Shown here: piece after piece, positions 58,222-64,000 of the stretch
Layout: every line of letters begins with the position of its first letter
Position numbering within the stretch: position 1 is the stretch's first letter
From: Candidatus Hadarchaeota archaeon
Lineage (GTDB): Archaea > CAYQAE01 > CAYVLA01
Length of the DNA stretch: 64,000 nt
Direction of reading: 5' to 3'
Assembly (NCBI GenBank): GCA_964621445.1
Contig: CAZUNO010000005.1
Span: forward strand, 57,338 to 121,337
The notes under the pieces: model-generated
The model's database searches: none
What the model was told of the DNA's origin: nothing
Seen by the model: only the letters and a program-made list of their open reading frames with translations
Program-made: the position numbers and the translations under genes

Positions 58222-59403
58222 ATGAGGGTACTTATCGTCACCTGGGTCTTCCCAACCCACGGTGGGGTGTTCAACTTCCTGGAGAAGGTCATATCCGGCC
58301 TTTCCGGGGGAGAACACGAGTTCGAAGTGGTGGCCGTGGAGCCAAGTCCCGAAGCACGTAGGGAGTGCAACTATCTACCCGAACACCAGATACACACGGT
58401 TTCCCAGGTAGCCCTCCCAAGTCCCCTTTCCTTCCCTCTCATCGGAATGATCTTGACCGTCGTGGGAATCGCCAGGAGGGGGAATTTCGATGTTATCTTC
58501 TGCCAGGACCCCATGTTTGCGGGCATCCCATCCCTAATCGCGTCCGGGATAACTGGCATCCCCCTGCTGGTGGCCGACCACGGGCTGGTCAAGAATTTCA
58601 AGAAGGAGGAATATTGGAGAAATTTCGGTTTTCAACTCATCATCATATGGAGGATAATATCCCTAATGGTGATGAAACCGGTGTTTAAGATCTCGTCTGG
58701 GATCTATGCCCCCGGCGAAGATGTGGCCAACGCCGTTCGCGGGCTATTCGGGAGGGAACTAACGGGGAAGATCACGGTCTTTCCAATAGGCATCGATACG
58801 GAGCGCTATCAGCCCGAAGCTGACCTTGGAAGTGAGATTAGACGGGGTCTATCCATCAAAAAAGGTCCTGTGGCCACTTTTGTAGGACGCCTACACATCG
58901 AAAGTGGGCTAGATACACTGATAGAGGCCGCCTCCGGGTTTGATGAAGATACCCTACCCATTTTTCTGATCGTGGGGGACGGGAATCTAAAAACGGGCTA
59001 TGAACGGCTGGCCAGGGAGAAAAGCGGCGGTAATTTCATCTTCCTGGGATACAGAGAGGATGTAAACCCATACCTGGCGGCCTCGGACATCTTCGTTTTC
59101 CCCAAGATCTTCGCAGGGGGTCACTCCGTTGCCCTCAGGGAGGCTATGGCAGCATCTCTGCCCTGTATAGCAACTTCAGGAGTCGATTCACACGATGAGA
59201 TAATCGATGACGGTAAGAACGGAATTCTGGTCAGCCCCGGCGCGAGCTGGGAACTCCATAAGGCCCTTAAGGACCTCCTTGATAATCCATCCCTCAGGGC
59301 CAAACTGGGAACCGCCGCCAGGAACTACGTAATTGAGAGGTACGGCATGAAGATCTTCCTGGACAACGTGAAGCGTCTATTGTCATCACTCGAGGAGAGA
59401 TGA
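58222..59403 (+). CDS. GT4 glycosyltransferase
   Basis: FP..GG N-terminus, GID...Y.P, FVGRL, IVGDG, FLGYR.DV, ...EAMA motifs. Confidence 0.9.
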   Translation: MRVLIVTWVFPTHGGVFNFLEKVISGLSGGEHEFEVVAVEPSPEARRECNYLPEHQIHTVSQVALPSPLSFPLIGMILTVVGIARRGNFDVIFCQDPMFAGIPSLIASGITGIPLLVADHGLVKNFKKEEYWRNFGFQLIIIWRIISLMVMKPVFKISSGIYAPGEDVANAVRGLFGRELTGKITVFPIGIDTERYQPEADLGSEIRRGLSIKKGPVATFVGRLHIESGLDTLIEAASGFDEDTLPIFLIVGDGNLKTGYERLAREKSGGNFIFLGYREDVNPYLAASDIFVFPKIFAGGHSVALREAMAASLPCIATSGVDSHDEIIDDGKNGILVSPGASWELHKALKDLLDNPSLRAKLGTAARNYVIERYGMKIFLDNVKRLLSSLEER

Positions 59404-60525
59404 ATACCCATCCACTAGTCTTCCGGCCATTTTTCTCCAGTTATACCTGTTTTGGGCATCCAAGGCAGCCCGGCTCATCCTATCGTAGATATCATCATCC
59501 ATAATGGTTCTAATCGAGTCGGCCACCTCCTCCACTTTCTCCGGGTCCACTGCGAGGCCATTTCCCTCCGCTTTTACTATCCTGCTTTTCTCCCCCAGGT
59601 CGGAGACCAGAATTGGTTTTCCGGCCGCAATCGACTCGAAAAGCTTGTTGGGAACGGTTAGCACGTTATTAGGATCGTTCCCCTTGTATAGAGCAAACAG
59701 AAGATCGCTGGCCAGATCATAGGCGGGAACCAGGGTGGGATCGATCTCTCCTCCAAATATGACCCGGTCATCGACCTCAAGCTTCCCTACCATGCTCCGT
59801 AATTTCCCCTCGATGGGGCCATATCCCCCTATAAACAAGTTAACTCCCTCCAGCATTGAAACCGCCCGGACGGCCTCCTCCAAGCCCCGGTTGGGAAACA
59901 GACCACCGATGTAAACCATTAGAAACTCCTCGTCAGATGCCAGTGATTCGCGAAGCCCCTCTACCTCCTCCTCCGGACATGAGAAGGGCTCGAAACAATT
60001 CATCACCGTTATCACCCTCTTACCCCCGCTCTCCCGGGCAATACCGGCTATGGGCGTGCTGGTGGCCAGAACCATGTCCGCCCTCCTGATGAGAAACGGC
60101 TCCAGGAGCCTCAGTATGCGGACCAGAGGTCGGGGAGCGAAGGTTGATATGAAATCCGGGTAGGACTCGTGCATATCGTAGACCAGCCTGATGGATTTCA
60201 ATCTTGTAACGATTAGTCCGGGGACCATGGTGTCCATGTCGTGGCAGTGAACCGCATCCAGGTCGCTTCCAAGGCCAGCAAGGATCAGGTGGATATAGAA
60301 AAGAATAAAGCCGGGTACCAGTGACAGAAACTCCCCGTAGTCAGCCCGGATCGGGTGACGAATGACCCTCACCCCATCAAATTCCTCCTCAAGGGGCAGC
60401 TTGCATTCCCTATCCCAGGCCTGAACGCATACCTGGTGACCGTTATCAACTAGGCTCCTTGCTTCCCGGAGGACCCTGAGGTCGGGCTTAAACGGATTGG
60501 CCAGGAACATCGATATCCTAGACAC
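59386..60525 (-). CDS. GT4 glycosyltransferase
   Basis: D.RV..EA.SL, HCHD, YD.HE, YIG....RGLE, PNKLFE..A.GKP; start probably GTG 60525. Confidence 0.9.
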   Translation of the reverse strand: MSRISMFLANPFKPDLRVLREARSLVDNGHQVCVQAWDRECKLPLEEEFDGVRVIRHPIRADYGEFLSLVPGFILFYIHLILAGLGSDLDAVHCHDMDTMVPGLIVTRLKSIRLVYDMHESYPDFISTFAPRPLVRILRLLEPFLIRRADMVLATSTPIAGIARESGGKRVITVMNCFEPFSCPEEEVEGLRESLASDEEFLMVYIGGLFPNRGLEEAVRAVSMLEGVNLFIGGYGPIEGKLRSMVGKLEVDDRVIFGGEIDPTLVPAYDLASDLLFALYKGNDPNNVLTVPNKLFESIAAGKPILVSDLGEKSRIVKAEGNGLAVDPEKVEEVADSIRTIMDDDIYDRMSRAALDAQNRYNWRKMAGRLVDGYSSLLE

Positions 60526-60632
60526 TGGGAAATAGTGAAATGGCCACAAGGTAAAAGCTTTCCCCCAGGCAGAGATCATTTATCATGGAGGACCTTATTG
60601 TCTTTCCTCTAGCAGCCATGAAGTGTTCGTGA

Positions 60633-61778
60633 ATGAAGATTCTCATCGTGCCGGCCATTGATTGGTTTACGGCCCTGGAGAACAGGGTTCACCACCTAGT
60701 TAGATGCTGGCAGGAGAATCACGAGATACACGTCGTGCACCTGCCCCTGGGAGGGGAACCGCTTAGAGAGCCTGGTGGAGAGGTCATGCATACCTTCTCG
60801 ACGGCCAGGACCAGCAGCCTGCTAACCTATTACATTATGAACTTCATTCCCCAGGTGCTTCAGATAGTCCGGCTAATCAGGTCCAACAACATAGACCTGG
60901 TGGTTACCACCAACCTATCAGCCGGCACCGCGGCCATACTTGCGGCAAGGATATGTAATGTGCCCTCGATATTCGACTACTGTGATTACCTCCCGGCATT
61001 CTCTCATTATGCCGGCGTGTCATCAATCCTGCAACCCATATTGGGGTTCATCGGCGAACTGCTGACCATACTCAACTTCAGGCTCTCGGAGGTTACCGTG
61101 GTCATCGGTAAAAGGCTGATGGAGCATGCCCAGGACTACTCCGACGCCGTTCTCGAGGTCCCGAACGGGGTCGATGAGCGGAGATTTAGGGTCAAAGAGG
61201 AGTGGCGCCCAGGGGATAACCCGGTTCTGGGATATGTAGGAATACTTGAATTCTTCGTTAACCTGGGAACGGTCATCGACGCGCTCAAGTACCTTGATCG
61301 TTTTCGCCTGGTGGTAGTGGGCTCAGGTCGGGAGATGGGTAACCTGGTAGAATACGCCCAAAGGAGCGGGGTGAAGGAGAGGGTAAAGTTCGTGGGAAGG
61401 GTTCCTTACCAGAGGGTAGGGCGTTGGATCCAATCCATGGACGCGTGTCTGCTCCCTTTCTCCAGTAGCGACCTGACGGAATCCGCCCTGCCCCTGAAGG
61501 TACACGAGTACGCAGTTTGTCGCAGGCCGGTCATTGCCTCACCCCTTTTCGAGGTGGTTAGGATGTTTGGCGAGCTCCTACTATACGCCCGGGGACCCAG
61601 GGAGATCGCTTCGAAGGTGCAAAATCTTCTAAGCAATAGGACTGAAACTAGAAGAAGGATAAGGAGGGCCTACATCCGAGCTGCCGTCACCTACAGATGG
61701 AGCCGGTTCGGATCCCGATACGAAAAAGCATTTTCCAGGGCCCTGGGCGGGGGTGAGGCGTATAGACATGAACATTAA
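60633..61778 (+). CDS. GT4 glycosyltransferase
   Basis: PNGVD...F, GYVG, VVGSG, F.G.VPY, PLKVHEY...RPV. Confidence 0.9.
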   Translation: MKILIVPAIDWFTALENRVHHLVRCWQENHEIHVVHLPLGGEPLREPGGEVMHTFSTARTSSLLTYYIMNFIPQVLQIVRLIRSNNIDLVVTTNLSAGTAAILAARICNVPSIFDYCDYLPAFSHYAGVSSILQPILGFIGELLTILNFRLSEVTVVIGKRLMEHAQDYSDAVLEVPNGVDERRFRVKEEWRPGDNPVLGYVGILEFFVNLGTVIDALKYLDRFRLVVVGSGREMGNLVEYAQRSGVKERVKFVGRVPYQRVGRWIQSMDACLLPFSSSDLTESALPLKVHEYAVCRRPVIASPLFEVVRMFGELLLYARGPREIASKVQNLLSNRTETRRRIRRAYIRAAVTYRWSRFGSRYEKAFSRALGGGEAYRHEH

Positions 61779-63561
61779 TCCTGTTCGGGGAAATGGCCTA
61801 AGCCTAGGGCTGCTCCTAATACTGATATTGGCCCTCTCGGCAACTACCAGGCTTTACTTTCTCACCACCTGGGATCAAATTCCCACCAGTGACCCTTATC
61901 ACTTCATCGGATGGACCTCGGGCGTTGACCAATCAAGTCATCTTGATTTCCCTGGATCCGAGGACAGGGCCTACGGACAATATCCGGACGGTTACCCAAT
62001 TCTACTTCAATTTCTCTCCACCACGGGCGATATCTCGCTGGTCCCCCTATCCAAGTTCCTTCCGGTCATCGTCGGATCGATGTGCACCCTGCCCGTCTTC
62101 CTCGTGTTCCGGAAATTGACGCGGAGGTCCCTCTATCAGCTCGCCGGGACGGTGATGGTGGTCTTCTCCCTGGCATTTCTCAAATACACATCGGTCTCGA
62201 TCCCCAATATGATGGGCCTCTATCTTTTCTGTCTCGCCGCATGGATTGCCCTCAGATTGGATAGGCAGGGAAAGAGGATGTTAGCCATGCTCGGCTTCTT
62301 GGTGCTAGCGGTATCACGCATTCATTACCTTTCCCTGGTCTGTATCGGGGTCCTCCTGGCCATAGTCATTTCCAGGAAGCTGATGGTCAGGGCATCCGGG
62401 CAGGAGTTCGACCCCCGACGTATGGCCTTTATTCTCATAGTGGCCCTTGTGGCGGGAATCTTGGCCTGGACCGCCGCGTACCGAGTGATGTACATGCTCT
62501 ACGGAATAGACATCACCAGCCAGCCGCCGGCCAGGTTGAGCCTGGTTCTAAGCTTCCTGGGCTATCCCTTGATATTCGGGGTTTTACAGATACTTTTCGT
62601 ACCCCTGGGCTTAATTCACCTGGCAAAGGACTATATCTCCAGGCACTTCACGAGCGAGGATGGAAATCTCAACCTCGATCCAGTTCTGATCTTGGCCCTG
62701 TTTTTGGTGTTCCTCCTATTTGCCTCTGGTTTCCTGAAGGTGGAGTACTACCCCTTTAGATTCAATTGCTTTCTGATCCTTCCCCTGGTCATGGTATCGA
62801 TCCTTGGCCTTCTGTTGGCCAGGGGGCTCTTGATGGATTCTCCGCTCCGTGCTTTTGCGTGGATGGTGATCCCCCTCACCGTTTTGATGGTCATCATTCA
62901 GCCCCTGGCGGCCTCGATCATTCCATTTGACGATGGAGAACCCTTCCTGCCCTGGGAACAGGAATACGGTGAAACCGAGATGCCGGCATTGAGAAGCTGG
63001 ATGGAGGAAAAGCTGCTTTGCACGGAGTTCAATCGGAGCGGTGGCCCTGAGTCTAAATCCCTTCCCCGCCGGGAGATGGTCATGGCCGATTGGGTTCGGT
63101 CAAGGGCCCTGAACGCCTTCGGGTTCGACAGCGTCCACATACACTGGTGGTTTTTCCAGGGTTGGTACGACCTCCAGAGGGAGCCCTTCAGGTATAGAAG
63201 CCTTGACATCTATGCCGGGAACTCAAGTCAAGCTCTGGATAGACTCGCCGGGCTTTACCTGAGGAAGGCCACCGGGAGCACCGGTGACTGGTATTATCAT
63301 TACAAGTACATATACACCAGCAAGTGGCTGGGCGAGGTCATGGTCAATGACTTCGGTCTACAGCCTAACTTCACCAAGTTCGACAACTATGATGGCTCGC
63401 TACTCTATGACTGGAGGCGTAGCTCTTCCCAGGGTGACAGGGTTATCGCCGAAAGCGAAAGGGCTCTTGGAGCACCTTACATGCTGCCACCATTCGACCG
63501 GCTTTACTCCTCACCAGGGGTCGGGATTTACCTATTCCCGGATTTGAAAAGGGTCATCTAG
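61753..63561 (+). CDS. Polytopic membrane protein, GT-C-like glycosyltransferase candidate
   Basis: TM1-R...SDPYH acidic loop, YP.GY, many TM helices, soluble C-terminal domain ending FDRLYS...V.IY. Confidence 0.55.
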   Translation: MRRIDMNINPVRGNGLSLGLLLILILALSATTRLYFLTTWDQIPTSDPYHFIGWTSGVDQSSHLDFPGSEDRAYGQYPDGYPILLQFLSTTGDISLVPLSKFLPVIVGSMCTLPVFLVFRKLTRRSLYQLAGTVMVVFSLAFLKYTSVSIPNMMGLYLFCLAAWIALRLDRQGKRMLAMLGFLVLAVSRIHYLSLVCIGVLLAIVISRKLMVRASGQEFDPRRMAFILIVALVAGILAWTAAYRVMYMLYGIDITSQPPARLSLVLSFLGYPLIFGVLQILFVPLGLIHLAKDYISRHFTSEDGNLNLDPVLILALFLVFLLFASGFLKVEYYPFRFNCFLILPLVMVSILGLLLARGLLMDSPLRAFAWMVIPLTVLMVIIQPLAASIIPFDDGEPFLPWEQEYGETEMPALRSWMEEKLLCTEFNRSGGPESKSLPRREMVMADWVRSRALNAFGFDSVHIHWWFFQGWYDLQREPFRYRSLDIYAGNSSQALDRLAGLYLRKATGSTGDWYYHYKYIYTSKWLGEVMVNDFGLQPNFTKFDNYDGSLLYDWRRSSSQGDRVIAESERALGAPYMLPPFDRLYSSPGVGIYLFPDLKRVI

Positions 63562-63565
63562 AAAC

Positions 63566-64000
63566 TTAACGGAGGTCCATAGCCAACAGTCCCTTAAACG
63601 CCCCCGTGATAAGGAAAAATACCGGTAATAAGAGATCCTTGAACCAGGAAAGCTCCACCACCTCTATCCTCCATAGTCGGACTCTCCCTCCCCCATTTTC
63701 CACCGAAGCCAGCAGCTTTCCGTCCTTTGAGAAGGCCATGTCATATGGATCGTCAAATCCCGCTTCTCCCGGCACGCCGCTAAATCCCCCCAGGTGATCC
63801 CCATTTGAGTTGAAGAAATATATCCTGTCGGCTCCAAAATCTGCGACCGCCACCATGCCATTTTCTGACACATCTATGCCCACTGGTCGGGTAAATCTAA
63901 GCCTGCTCTGTATATCCCATATGGTGGAGTTGAAGGAGAAATCGGGATTGAAAATTTGAACCCTCCTCACATATCCCTCGGGTTCCAGATATGCGTCAAC
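63566..64000 (-). CDS. C-terminal part of an NHL-repeat beta-propeller protein with C-terminal membrane anchor (5' end outside window)
   Basis: F..P.GIDV...G...VAD....RI..F...G NHL repeats; frame open to the window end. Confidence 0.8.
   Translation of the reverse strand, partial: VDAYLEPEGYVRRVQIFNPDFSFNSTIWDIQSRLRFTRPVGIDVSENGMVAVADFGADRIYFFNSNGDHLGGFSGVPGEAGFDDPYDMAFSKDGKLLASVENGGGRVRLWRIEVVELSWFKDLLLPVFFLITGAFKGLLAMDLR

Noticed and set aside
366-63873. Numerous 60-215 aa antisense or alternate-frame ORFs in the ORF track
   Set aside because: They overlap well-supported genes, lack recognisable motifs, and are expected shadow ORFs at this GC content.
1-64000. CRISPR array, IS element, integrase or provirus
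   Set aside because: No regularly spaced DNA repeats, transposase/integrase motifs or terminal repeats seen; the periodicities found are diverged protein-domain repeats.

Overview
Gene-dense chromosomal window from an archaeon. The evidence is archaeal-type ribosomal stalk proteins, Spt5, SecE, DtdA, Hjc, pelota, Alba, Top6B, archaeal LeuRS/AlaRS/ThrRS and PolB; I cannot assign the lineage further. Layout: (1-11.9 kb) four co-oriented genes, three of them complete, large secreted or surface Ig-like proteins; (11.9-22.7 kb) DUF89 phosphatase, HemK2, FGGY kinase divergent from gfcR-pgk, leuS and a TrkA-DHH protein; (23-29 kb) a sugar-catabolism-like cluster (UroD-family protein, GH38 mannosidase, esterase, cupin); (29-37.5 kb) conserved dtdA-ftsZ-secE-spt5-L11-L1-L10-L12-alaS; (37.6-47.7 kb) GT-C-like/GT2 pair, dim2-top6B, thrS, polB; (47.7-55.6 kb) an AAA+/vWA module, M28 peptidase and an exported protein; (55.6-64 kb) rimI, hjc-pelA-alba and a glycosylation cluster. 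I found no tRNA, rRNA, CRISPR array or mobile element. Two observations stand out. First, a catalytically intact PolB carries an appended tail with two Cys4 motifs, the second closely resembling the PolD DP2 C-terminal domain, plus a second PIP box; this is a eukaryote-like replicative-polymerase architecture. Second, a ChlI/ChlD-like AAA+ pair has an inactive-AAA/vWA subunit split by two transmembrane helices around a sequon-rich, probably extracellular loop. All family calls come from motif recognition by eye; no database searches were run.
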